64,000 bases of DNA, taken from an uncultured delta proteobacterium (GTDB taxonomy: Bacteria > Desulfobacterota > Binatia > UBA9968). Positions within the stretch are counted from its first letter, which is position 1, and every line of letters begins with the position of its first letter. Made by a program: the position numbers and the translations under genes. The stretch covers positions 800,001 to 864,000 of the forward strand of contig CAVYTU010000015.1 in assembly GCA_963771465.1 (NCBI GenBank). Direction: 5' to 3'. Positions 33,551 to 42,582 of the stretch are shown in pieces. Under the pieces are notes generated by a model. The model was given only the letters and a program-made list of their open reading frames with translations, did no database searches and had not been told where the DNA came from.

Positions 33551-34531
33551 ATGAAAATAATTGCGATTGCCATTGGGATAGCTCTGAGCTGCATGCTGAA
33601 GTTTATCACGCCGGCCAATAGCTTGGCTCAGGAACGCGTGCGCATCGGCGTGCCTTTGTTCCCGACCGTTTCCTTTCCGGTTTTGATCGCGCAGGAAAAA
33701 GGTTTCTTTGAGCGAAATGGTTTGAAAGCGGAGATCATCCGCATCAACAGCGAGCCGACGACCTATCAAGCGCTAATCTCCGGCGACATCGATGCGACGT
33801 CGGGCGCGCCCACCGGGCTCGTGCAGTCAAACATTCAGGGCGTACCGGTGGTTTCGCTCGGCAGCTGGGACAACTTGGTTTCTTATACGATGGCGACTCG
33901 GGAGAAAGTCGATGATCTATCGCAACTCCGCGGTAAGAAAGTCGGCATCAATCGCCTCGGCGGCAAATCGTCGTTAGTTCTCCGTGTCATGCTCGAAGAC
34001 GCCGGTCTCAACACTTCGAAGGATATCACCTTGCTGCAACTCGGCGGCTCGCAGGAAAGACTGGCGGCGCTCATGCGCGGCGGCATCGACGCGGCGCCGG
34101 TGGATTTTGTCTTCGAGCCGAAAATGAAACAGCTAGGCTTTCACCTGGTCACCGCCAAAAAGACCGCCTTTATGAACGGCCCGATCACAGTCACCGTGGC
34201 CCAGTTGAAAGCGAACCGCGGCAAATGGCTTAAGTTCGTCAAAGCCTATCTGGAAGCCACCCATTACATGACGACCAACCGTGAAGGCGCCACGGACGTT
34301 CTCAAAAAAATCATCCAGACTGACGAGCGAGAAACCCTCGACCACGGTTACGAACAAATGCGCGCCCGCGCCACCGTCGATCTGGTGGCGCCCGAGCCGG
34401 CCATCGAAAATCTGGTGAGGATGATGACCTATGTCGACAAGCGGGCGGCCACCGTCGACCGCAGCAAGCTCGTCGATTACTCAATCCTGAAAGAACTTGC
34501 AGCGACCAGACAACTGCCGGTGAAAAAGTAG
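33551..34531 (+). CDS. ABC substrate-binding protein, SsuA/NMT1-like
   Basis: Signal peptide, AQEKGFFERNGL, LRGKKVGINRLGG, LGGSQERLAAL. Confidence 0.85.
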   Translation: MKIIAIAIGIALSCMLKFITPANSLAQERVRIGVPLFPTVSFPVLIAQEKGFFERNGLKAEIIRINSEPTTYQALISGDIDATSGAPTGLVQSNIQGVPVVSLGSWDNLVSYTMATREKVDDLSQLRGKKVGINRLGGKSSLVLRVMLEDAGLNTSKDITLLQLGGSQERLAALMRGGIDAAPVDFVFEPKMKQLGFHLVTAKKTAFMNGPITVTVAQLKANRGKWLKFVKAYLEATHYMTTNREGATDVLKKIIQTDERETLDHGYEQMRARATVDLVAPEPAIENLVRMMTYVDKRAATVDRSKLVDYSILKELAATRQLPVKK

Positions 34532-34588
34532 CGAAGTGCACTGGCGACTCCAGTACTCCATCCTGCATAATGAGGACCGTTCCTCGCA

Positions 34589-36067
34589 ATGAGTGAAATA
34601 TCTTTCATCGACACCACCCTGCGTGACGGCCAGCAAAGCCTCTGGGCGCTCGGCATGAAGACCGACGCCATGCTCGGCGCGGCGCACGATATGGATCGCA
34701 TCGGTTTCGAGTCGATGGAGTTCTTCGTCTCGATCATGATCAAGAAGTACGTCCGCGAGCTCAAGGAAAATCCTTGGACTTGGCTCCGCGAAGGAACGAA
34801 ACTTTTTCGCCGCACGCGACTGCGCAACCACGGCGGGCTGCACGGTTCCGGCGCCATGGAAAAGTTGCCGCAGTCGGCGATGAAGCTTTTCGCCGAACGC
34901 GTTGTCTCGTACGGCGTCACCATGACGCGCACGTCGAATTGCTGGAACGACTTCGAAGAGCTGCGTGGCGAAGTTATCGAGCTTCGCCAGATCGGCATGG
35001 ACACCGTCGTCAATCTCATCTACACGGTCTCGCCGCGCCATAGCGACGAATACTACGCGCAAAAAACCCGCGACGCCGCAGCCATCAGTCCCTACCGCAT
35101 CTGTTTCAAAGACGTCGGCGGCTTGCTGACACCCGAGCGCGCTCGAACGCTAATCCCCGCGATCATGCAAAACGCCGGCAAGGTTGCAGTCGAATACCAC
35201 GCCCACTGCAACAACGGCCTGGCACCGCTGTGTTATCTCGAAGCGATCAAACATGGCATCACCTCGCTGCACACGGCGATCCCGCCGCTCGCCAATGGCT
35301 CGTCGCAGCCGTCGATCTTGAACATGGCGAGGAATCTCCGCGCCTTGGGTTACACGCCGGTAGTCGATGAGCAAGCAGTTAAACCCGTTGTAGAATATTT
35401 TACCGCCATCGCCAAACGCGATGGCTTGGCGATCGGCAAGCCGTTCGCTTACGACGAGTCGCAGTATCGCCATCAAGTGCCTGGCGGCGTGATTTCCAAT
35501 CTGCGCCATCAGCTCAAGCTCGTCGGCAAAGAGGACAAGCTCGCCGAAACACTCGAAGAAGCCGCGCGCGTGCGCGCCGACTTCGGTTATCCGATCATGG
35601 TTACGCCGCTGTCACAGTTCGTCGTCAGCCAAGCGGCCATCAACGTGATCGTTGGCGAGCGCTACAAAGAAGTCACCGACCAGGTGATTCAATACGCGCT
35701 CGGCATCTGGGGCAAGGAAGCACCCTCACTGATCGATCCCGACGCCAAAGATAAAATATTGAATCGCCGGCGCGCCAAGGACTGGCAAAACTGGTCGCCG
35801 TCCGATTTGAGCTTGCAGCAAGTCCGGCAAAAACTCGGTGGAACCGTCTCCGACGAAGAACTCTTGCTGCGCGTCTACGCCGGTCCGGATGCGGTCGATG
35901 CGCTGATGACCAACGGCGCGCCGAAAGCGAAGCTGAATGCCAAAGGGCCGCTGATGAATTTGATCGAAGAGTTGACCAAGAAAAAAGACTTCGGTCACAT
36001 CTACATTCGCAGAGACGGCGTGTCGCTTACGTTGCGAAGGTCCGCCGAATCGTCTCATAGTCATTGA
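34589..36067 (+). CDS. Pyruvate carboxylase subunit B / oxaloacetate decarboxylase alpha-like carboxyltransferase, no biotin-carrier domain
   Basis: DTTLRDGQQSL, CFKDVGGLLTP, HAH, HQVPGGVISNL, GYPIMVTPLSQFV; no EAMKM motif. Confidence 0.85.
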   Translation: MSEISFIDTTLRDGQQSLWALGMKTDAMLGAAHDMDRIGFESMEFFVSIMIKKYVRELKENPWTWLREGTKLFRRTRLRNHGGLHGSGAMEKLPQSAMKLFAERVVSYGVTMTRTSNCWNDFEELRGEVIELRQIGMDTVVNLIYTVSPRHSDEYYAQKTRDAAAISPYRICFKDVGGLLTPERARTLIPAIMQNAGKVAVEYHAHCNNGLAPLCYLEAIKHGITSLHTAIPPLANGSSQPSILNMARNLRALGYTPVVDEQAVKPVVEYFTAIAKRDGLAIGKPFAYDESQYRHQVPGGVISNLRHQLKLVGKEDKLAETLEEAARVRADFGYPIMVTPLSQFVVSQAAINVIVGERYKEVTDQVIQYALGIWGKEAPSLIDPDAKDKILNRRRAKDWQNWSPSDLSLQQVRQKLGGTVSDEELLLRVYAGPDAVDALMTNGAPKAKLNAKGPLMNLIEELTKKKDFGHIYIRRDGVSLTLRRSAESSHSH

Positions 36068-36165
36068 CACTGCAATGGGACGACGCGGCGTCGTTTAGCG
36101 AACATGGTCCATTTTTTTCTTCTTTGCGTTCTTTGCGCCTAATTTTTTTTCCATCTGGAGCTTCA

Positions 36166-37605
36166 ATGAACTACGACGGCTTGCGCGATTGGCTCGACAA
36201 AGTCGACGCCCTCGGCGAACTCACCACGTTGGAAAACATTGACTGGAACTTGGAGATGGGAGCCGTCGTCGACGTGCTCTACCGCGAGCACCCGCCCTAC
36301 CCGCCGGCGTTGATCTTCGACCGCATCAAAGACCACCAGCCTGGCTATCGCGCGCTGTTCGGCCATTTTGCCTCGCCTAAGAGAATCGCGCTTACGCTTG
36401 GCGTCACCGAAGCATTCGATCACGTGCTGGAATTCACCCGCATCTATCACCAACGCATGAAGCGTTCGACGCCGCTACGCATGGAGGAAGTGAAGAGTGG
36501 CGCGGTGCATGAAAACGTCGAGGCGGATGCAGACGTAAATCTATTAAAATTTCCCGCGCCGTTGTTACATGAGAAAGATGGCGGCCGTTACCTTGGCACG
36601 GGCCATCTGGTCATCACCAAAGATCCCGACTCCGACTGGATCAATGTCGGCACCTACCGGATCATGTCGCAGGATCATAACACGCTTAGCATCTACATCG
36701 GTCCCGGGAAGCACGCCTTCATTCACAAACAGAAATATTTTGAGAAAAACCAAGCGATGCCCGTGAACGTCGTTCTCGGCAGCGATCCGCTCGATTGGTT
36801 CGCCGCATCATGTCCGGTGCCGGCGGGAATCAGTGAATTCGACTACGCCGGGGGCTTGCGAGGGACACCAACGAAAGTCATTCGCAGCGGCATCACCGGT
36901 TTGCCCTATCCCGCCGACGCGGAGATCGTTCTGGAAGGCGAAATTCGGCCGGGAGAATTCAAAGAAGAAGGCCCGTTCGGCGAGTGGCCAGGCTATTACG
37001 CCAGTCCGAAAAGTTTGGAACCCTTCATCCGCGTCAAAAGAATCCTGCATCGCAACAACCCCATCGTCTCCTGCGCCAATCCGGCGCGCCCGCCGCACAC
37101 GCTCACCTTGCTGCGCGCGATCACACGTTCCGCGCATCTCTGGGAGGAAATCGAGAAAGCCGGCATTCCCGATGTCCAAGGCGTCTGGTCGCACGAGCCC
37201 GGCCCGCGGCAGTTCACCGTCGTCGCCATCAAGCAGCGCTATCCCGGTCACGTAAAACAGGCCGGCGTCATCGCCTCGCAATGTTTTTCCGGCGGCTATC
37301 AAAACCGCTTCACCATCGTCGTCGACGACGATATCGATCCGACTAGAATCGACGACGTCGTTTGGGCGCTCTCCACACGCTGCGATCCTGGAGAAGATAT
37401 CGACATCCAGCGCCGCAGTTGGTCGAGCGCGCTCGACCCGATGATTCATCCCGACTCGAAAGTGTTTTTAAATTCGCGCGCGGTCATCGATGCCTGCCGG
37501 CCCTTTGAATGGATGGATAAATTTCCCGAAGTCGCCGAAACCAGCCGCGATTTACGCAAAGCCGTGCTCAGCAAGTTTGGCCGTGGCTTTTTCGGACTCA
37601 AATAA
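36166..37605 (+). CDS. UbiD family (de)carboxylase
   Basis: HEKDGGRYLGT, NVGTYR, PADAEIVLEG, EGPFGEWPGYY, VDDDIDP, WALSTRCDP. Confidence 0.92.
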   Translation: MNYDGLRDWLDKVDALGELTTLENIDWNLEMGAVVDVLYREHPPYPPALIFDRIKDHQPGYRALFGHFASPKRIALTLGVTEAFDHVLEFTRIYHQRMKRSTPLRMEEVKSGAVHENVEADADVNLLKFPAPLLHEKDGGRYLGTGHLVITKDPDSDWINVGTYRIMSQDHNTLSIYIGPGKHAFIHKQKYFEKNQAMPVNVVLGSDPLDWFAASCPVPAGISEFDYAGGLRGTPTKVIRSGITGLPYPADAEIVLEGEIRPGEFKEEGPFGEWPGYYASPKSLEPFIRVKRILHRNNPIVSCANPARPPHTLTLLRAITRSAHLWEEIEKAGIPDVQGVWSHEPGPRQFTVVAIKQRYPGHVKQAGVIASQCFSGGYQNRFTIVVDDDIDPTRIDDVVWALSTRCDPGEDIDIQRRSWSSALDPMIHPDSKVFLNSRAVIDACRPFEWMDKFPEVAETSRDLRKAVLSKFGRGFFGLK

Positions 37606-37802
37606 TTATTTACTGCAAGCGGTCGCCCTTTCTCAAAATAGCGACCAACTCAACAATTTTAATAGTATTGGGGAATTTTTACGCTGGCCAATGCAGGAAT
37701 TTCTCCTATGTCCGAGCTACTGAGAAATTCGCAATCTCTGGAATTTCAACCGGTTCCCACTGGCCCGAGGATTGCTCCTCTTAGCCCGTGGGAGGAAAAA
37801 CT

Positions 37803-38081
37803 ATGAAATACGGAATTTTTGCAATTATTCTCGTGTTTCTCCTCAGCGCTGTTCCAACGTCTGCTTTTGACGTGAAAAACAACGAGCCCGAAGAGCGCAG
37901 TTTGCGCATCGAGCTGGAAGCGGTTCCAGCGCCAGTGCAACAGGACTTTGACAAGTATATCCAAGATCTTGCAGCCTCGGCGCAGAGGGATACGCGCGCG
38001 GAAGAACAAGCGCGAAAAGAGCAAGTCGCTAAAGACTACCAAAGAAAAGTGTTAAACCCGATGGTGCTATTCAGCTGGTAG
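37803..38081 (+). CDS. Small secreted hypothetical protein
   Basis: GGAGG RBS, signal peptide MKYGIFAIILVFLLSAVPTSA. Confidence 0.65.
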   Translation: MKYGIFAIILVFLLSAVPTSAFDVKNNEPEERSLRIELEAVPAPVQQDFDKYIQDLAASAQRDTRAEEQARKEQVAKDYQRKVLNPMVLFSW

Positions 38082-38109
38082 CCGGCCTTGTTTGCGTCGT
38101 GGTTCGGAC

Positions 38110-38836
38110 TCATTCCTTCATCTTCGAATAACTGTTCACCGTCGCGTGCAGGTTGCGCGCGAAATCGGTTGCAGCCTGAGGGGTCATTTCGAAAGCGGTC
38201 TTGGCGTATTCTTTCGCGGCGAGGAGCGCGGGCAACGGGGTTTTCTTGAACTGAGTAATAAGTTTGGCAACGCTTGCGTCCAATTCGCTTGCCGGCGCAA
38301 CACTGCTCACGAGACCATAGGCGAGCGCCGTATGCGCGTCGACTTCCTCGGTGGAGTAAATCATGTAGGTTGCGGCCTTGCGTGACAGCCGATCGACCAA
38401 CGCGGAGAAAGCGATCGTCGGCATGATCCGATGCGCCATCTCGGGAAAGGAAAACTTCGCCTTGTCGCTGGCGATGGTGATGTCGCACAGCGCTGCGAGG
38501 GCGCAGCCCAGCCCGGCGGCGCGTCCTTGCACGACGCCAATGATCGGCGCCTTGCAGTTGCGAAACGAGCCGTAGAGATTGAAGATCGTCTCGGCCCGCT
38601 CCCGCACACCATAAGCTTCGAGCACCGGGCCGGGCGCGCCCATGGCCGCCCGGCCGAGACAGAAGTCATCGCCCGCGCCTTTGAAGACGACGGCGCGGGA
38701 GTCCGCCGATGCGGCGTTGAACATTTCCGTCACCTGCGCCCAGACTTCATCGGTCTGGCGATTTCCCGCTTCGGGTCGATTGAGAGTGATCGATCGTAAC
38801 ATCGCCATCTTTTTCCTTGAGTACTGCGTCTGCCAT
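38110..38836 (-). CDS. Enoyl-CoA hydratase/isomerase family; apparent +1 frameshift near 38793
   Basis: GAGGAGG RBS then MADAVLKEKDGDVT, continuing in +1 frame ITLNRPEAGN, GDDFCLG, GRAAGLGCAL, FSFPE. Confidence 0.85.
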
Positions 38837-38986
38837 CGTGCCTCCTCAACTTTCTATCTGATCGAAATTGGAATATCAGCTATCACGGGAACAATTTGCC
38901 GGTCAACTAAATCACGATCACAGGTTTTCAAACAACGTAGTTTAAGTCTCCGAGTCATTTAAGTCTCAAACTATCGTGCCGCCTGA

Positions 38987-39016
38987 TTGACACTCACAAA
39001 GCCTAATTGTTATAGC
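38987..39016 (+). promoter_or_regulatory. Candidate sigma-70 promoter
   Basis: TTGACA-N18-TATAGC with TG extended -10, about 60 nt before ATG 39078. Confidence 0.45.
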
Positions 39017-39077
39017 CAGTCAGGTCGTCGCATACGCATTAACTTAAGCTCGATAAAAAGTGACCGAGGGAGTAATC

Positions 39078-39997
39078 ATGGCAACCGATAGCATGCAGCA
39101 TCATGAGCAAACGTCGGCAGTCAAAGGGCCGCTCGTCTGGCTCGACATGGATCAGCGAGGGCTTGACGACGCCTATGACCAGACCGTTTACGCGCCCAAT
39201 CAGCCTTTGCTCGCCGCGCGCCGCAAAATCGCCAGCGAGTCGGTATTGAAACGATTTCCACCCCTGCGCCGCGCTTACGGCTCCAAGTGAAATTGAAAAA
39301 CTCGATATCTACAAAACCGCCAAACCCAACGCGCCGGTGATGGTCTTCACCCACGGCGGCGCCTGGCGCAATGGCACGGCCAAGGATGCCGCCTTTCAAG
39401 CCGAAATGTATATGAACGCCGGAGCCAATCTCGTCATTGTCGACTTCGTGCAAGTTCAAGATGCCGGCGGCAGCTTGCTGCCGATGATTCACCAAGTCCG
39501 TAGCGCCGTCGCCTGGGTTTACAAAAATAGCGCGAGCTTTCGGCGCCGACCCCGATCGTATTTTTGTTTCCGGCCAGTCATCCGGCGCCCACCTCACCGG
39601 CTGCCTACTGGTCACCGACTGGCAAAAGGAATTCGGCGTGCCGACAAACGTCATCAAAGGCGGATTGCTGGTTAGCGGCATGTATGACTTGAAGCCGGTA
39701 CGATTATCGAAGCGCAGCAAGTACGTGAATTTCACCGATGAGATCGAACAAGCGCTTAGCTCCCAGCGCCATCTCGATAAACTGAACGCGCCGATCATCG
39801 TCGCCTACGGCACCCAGGAGACGCCGGAGTTCCAGCGCCAGAGCCGCGACTTCGCCGCCGCAGTTAAAGCCGCCGGCAAACCGGTCGAGTTGATCGTGGG
39901 CGAAGGGTTCAATCATTTCGAGATGCAAGAAACACTCGGCAATCCCTACGGCATCGCCGGCCGCGCCGCGCTCAAGCTGATGAACCTGAATATTTGA
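39078..39997 (+). CDS. Alpha/beta hydrolase (arylformamidase-like); two apparent +1 frameshifts (~39287, ~39540)
   Basis: Three consecutive frames give LDDAYDQ...RRAYG / EKLDIY...HGGAW / GQSSGAHL...SGMYDL...ETPEFQRQS...NHFE. Confidence 0.82.
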
Positions 39998-40075
39998 CCG
40001 TAGAAGATTAGAGCGACCACAAAGAGAACAAAGCGCGATTCATCGCGCCCTCGGAGATTTTGCACAGGAGGAATC

Positions 40076-40615
40076 ATGAGCCGCATTCCCCACGCGAAGC
40101 GCGATGAATTGTCGCCGGAGCATCAACAAATCTGGGATCACATCCACGCTGTGCGAAGCGGCGGCGGCGGACCCTATTCGATGTTGCTCCATGTGCCGGC
40201 GCTAGCCGGCTACGTCGCGGCCACCGAAGATTATTTTCGCCTGGATTCGGCGCTCAGCGACGCCGACCGCGAGATCGTCATTCTCGCCGCGGCGCGCGAG
40301 TTGGGCGCGCACTATCCGTGGATGCGCCACGAGGCGCGCGCCCGTCAAGTCGGCGTGCGATCGGAAGTGATCGAGACGTTGCGCGGCAAGAACTCGCTCG
40401 CCGGTTTTACACCGCGCGAGAAGCTTTTGGCCGAAATTCCTCTGAGCCTCTTGCGCGAGCACGGCTTGTCGGATGAATTGTTCGCGCGCGCGGAACGTGA
40501 GCTAAACCGGCGGCAGCTCGTCGAAGTCATCGCGCTGGTCGGGCACTACAGCACTATCGGTTTTGTCGCCAACACTTTCCAAATACCTGCGCCCGAGGGC
40601 AGCCGGACTTTCTAG
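40076..40615 (+). CDS. Carboxymuconolactone decarboxylase (AhpD-fold) family protein, copy 1
   Basis: GPYSMLLH, DREIVILAAARE, YPWMRHE, LVGHYS; AGGAGG RBS. Confidence 0.85.
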   Translation: MSRIPHAKRDELSPEHQQIWDHIHAVRSGGGGPYSMLLHVPALAGYVAATEDYFRLDSALSDADREIVILAAARELGAHYPWMRHEARARQVGVRSEVIETLRGKNSLAGFTPREKLLAEIPLSLLREHGLSDELFARAERELNRRQLVEVIALVGHYSTIGFVANTFQIPAPEGSRTF

Positions 40616-40625
40616 AAAGGCAAAT

Positions 40626-41165
40626 ATGAGCAAACTACCCAACGCGACACGCGAATCCATGACGGCGGAACAACAGAAAATCTGGGACAAGATCCACGAA
40701 GGCCGAACCGGCGGCGGCGGGCCCTATTCCATGTTGATGCACTCGCCGGCGATGGCCGAGCACTTCGCCGGCACGGAAGATTACTTTCGTAATCACTCGC
40801 TGTTGCCCGACGCCGACCGCGAGATCATCATCCTCACTGCCGCCCGCGAGGTGGAAGCGCATTACGCCTGGACCCGACACGAAATTCGCGCCCACAAAGT
40901 CGGCATTCGTCCGGAAACCATCGAAGCGCTGCGCGCCCGCGCCGGACTCGATGAATTTAGCGGCAAAGAGAAGTTGCTGGTCGAATTCACTCGAACACTC
41001 ATGCGCGAGCATTTTCTGTCGGATGAATTGTTCGCTCGCATGGAAACCGAATTCGGCCAGGCGAAGTTCATCGAAACCGTCGGCCTGCTCGGCCACTACA
41101 TCACCATCGGTACGGTAATTAGAATGTTCGACGTCAGACCGCCGGAAGGAAGCAAAACGTTTTAG
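40626..41165 (+). CDS. Carboxymuconolactone decarboxylase (AhpD-fold) family protein, copy 2
   Basis: GPYSMLMH, DREIIILTAARE, YAWTRHE, LLGHY; same length (179 aa) as copy 1. Confidence 0.85.
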   Translation: MSKLPNATRESMTAEQQKIWDKIHEGRTGGGGPYSMLMHSPAMAEHFAGTEDYFRNHSLLPDADREIIILTAAREVEAHYAWTRHEIRAHKVGIRPETIEALRARAGLDEFSGKEKLLVEFTRTLMREHFLSDELFARMETEFGQAKFIETVGLLGHYITIGTVIRMFDVRPPEGSKTF

Positions 41166-41210
41166 TTTCGGAAATTAAGAATTCGCTGAAAATTATTCAC
41201 CACTCTTCTC

Positions 41211-41347
41211 CGTCATACCGGCGAACGCCGGACTCCATCCCTGCTGCGCTTAAAAGATTGTATCGCAATGTCCTGCTGAACGCAGCGAAGCAAGTGCATT
41301 GTTTTTCGACATCGGAAAAAGACATGCTTCGCTATCCTTAGGATGAC
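41211..41347. repeat. REP-like palindromic elements between convergent genes
   Basis: CGTCATA-CCGGCG-AA-CGCCGG hairpin; imperfect inverted repeat GTCCTGCTGAACGCAGCGAAGCA ... TGCTTCGCTATCCTTAGGATGAC. Confidence 0.6.
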
Positions 41348-41437
41348 TACTGTAGGACTGTGTGCATTGCGACTCAGTCGCTTGATAGAGGAAGACGTTC
41401 GCAGGATTTTCACCGGCGGAGAAACGCCAGCTAACCC

Positions 41438-42517
41438 TCAATCGCGCGCCAAGTAGGCGCCGTGCAACCCCTCGTTGGTTCCCAGTTCTTGGCGCAACTG
41501 CTCCGCGTCTGCGCGCGCCGTCAAGCGGCCAACGCGCACGCGATACCAGGTTTTGCCATTCACCTCGGTCGCGACCAGGTAAACTTCATTGCCCTTTGCG
41601 CTCAGCCGCTGCGCCATCATCGTTGCGACATCTTTCTCGACTGACGCGGCAACCTGCACTGACCATGGCTTGTCTCTGTCGGCGCCGTGCGACGCTGGCG
41701 CGACATCCACGTTCTTCGACGTTGTCGTGGCGCCGCTTCCATGGCCGACATTCGCGTTCCCTATGCCCGTCTCCGCCTGTGGCGATGTTGGACTCGATGC
41801 CGGCGACGCTTCCGGAACTTCTGGTTTCATCGCCAGCAGCGCGATCTTGCTGTTGGCCGCTTCGTTCGCCGCCGTGATTGCAGAATTACTTGGTGGCGCA
41901 CGATCGAGCGCCGGCTGCTTCGCCAGCGGAGCTACGAGTGGGACCCGTGCCTTTGGTTTTTCGATCACAGCAACCGTCCTTTTTTGAATATTCATTCCCG
42001 TGAGAATGCCAAGATAAAAAATAACGCCCGTGCTAACGACAAACGCTGCCGCAAACCCCACGCCCCGCGCGTGCCCGAAATAAAAACGTCGACGGACCTT
42101 TGGCGCGATTTGCTCGTTAAGTAAGTTCTGCTCCTGCGAATTGAGTTCATTTTTATCCGCCCAAGCCCTGAAGAACGCTTCAATCGCGCGGTCGTCGAGT
42201 GGTAGCGCAAGGTTGTCCGATAACGCCAACTCGTTTTGTCGCACCGGCTGATACTGCTGGATCAATGCCTCGGCGTTGCGCCCGCGCAACTCGGCCGGGC
42301 AAGTTTTGAACATAAAGCCGGTCGGCTGAAAGCGCGGCGATCGAGATTTATCGCGATCTAAATGCCGCAGCAAAGCTTCGCGAATATTATCAGCTTCGCC
42401 AATGAAGAGTTGGTAGTCAAAATTGTACAGTCCATACACGCCGGACACCGCAGGTGCGAAAGCGTGGATCGCTTCCTCCTCGAAACCATAGTATCGTCCG
42501 TCCGGCTGCCAAGTCAT
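41438..42517 (-). CDS. Membrane protein: degenerate GIY-YIG-like N-domain, TM helix, Pro/Ala linker, C-terminal SPOR domain
   Basis: APAVSGVYGL...LFIGEADNIREALLRH...ALIQQYQP; TM VGFAAAFVVSTGVIFYLGILTG; SPOR WSVQVAAS...WYRVRVGRL. Confidence 0.78.
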   Translation of the reverse strand: MTWQPDGRYYGFEEEAIHAFAPAVSGVYGLYNFDYQLFIGEADNIREALLRHLDRDKSRSPRFQPTGFMFKTCPAELRGRNAEALIQQYQPVRQNELALSDNLALPLDDRAIEAFFRAWADKNELNSQEQNLLNEQIAPKVRRRFYFGHARGVGFAAAFVVSTGVIFYLGILTGMNIQKRTVAVIEKPKARVPLVAPLAKQPALDRAPPSNSAITAANEAANSKIALLAMKPEVPEASPASSPTSPQAETGIGNANVGHGSGATTTSKNVDVAPASHGADRDKPWSVQVAASVEKDVATMMAQRLSAKGNEVYLVATEVNGKTWYRVRVGRLTARADAEQLRQELGTNEGLHGAYLARD

Positions 42518-42582
42518 GCTAATCCCTCACTACGTTGAGATGTAATGCGGTACTAATCTTTGTCATAAATTTTCGTTCCTGG

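Noticed and set aside
39288-39290. TGA ending the first arylformamidase-like fragment as possible Sec
   Set aside because: The coding sequence continues in the +1 frame (SEIEKLDIY), another TGA follows in frame, and there is no Cys-equivalent position or hairpin; it is an indel
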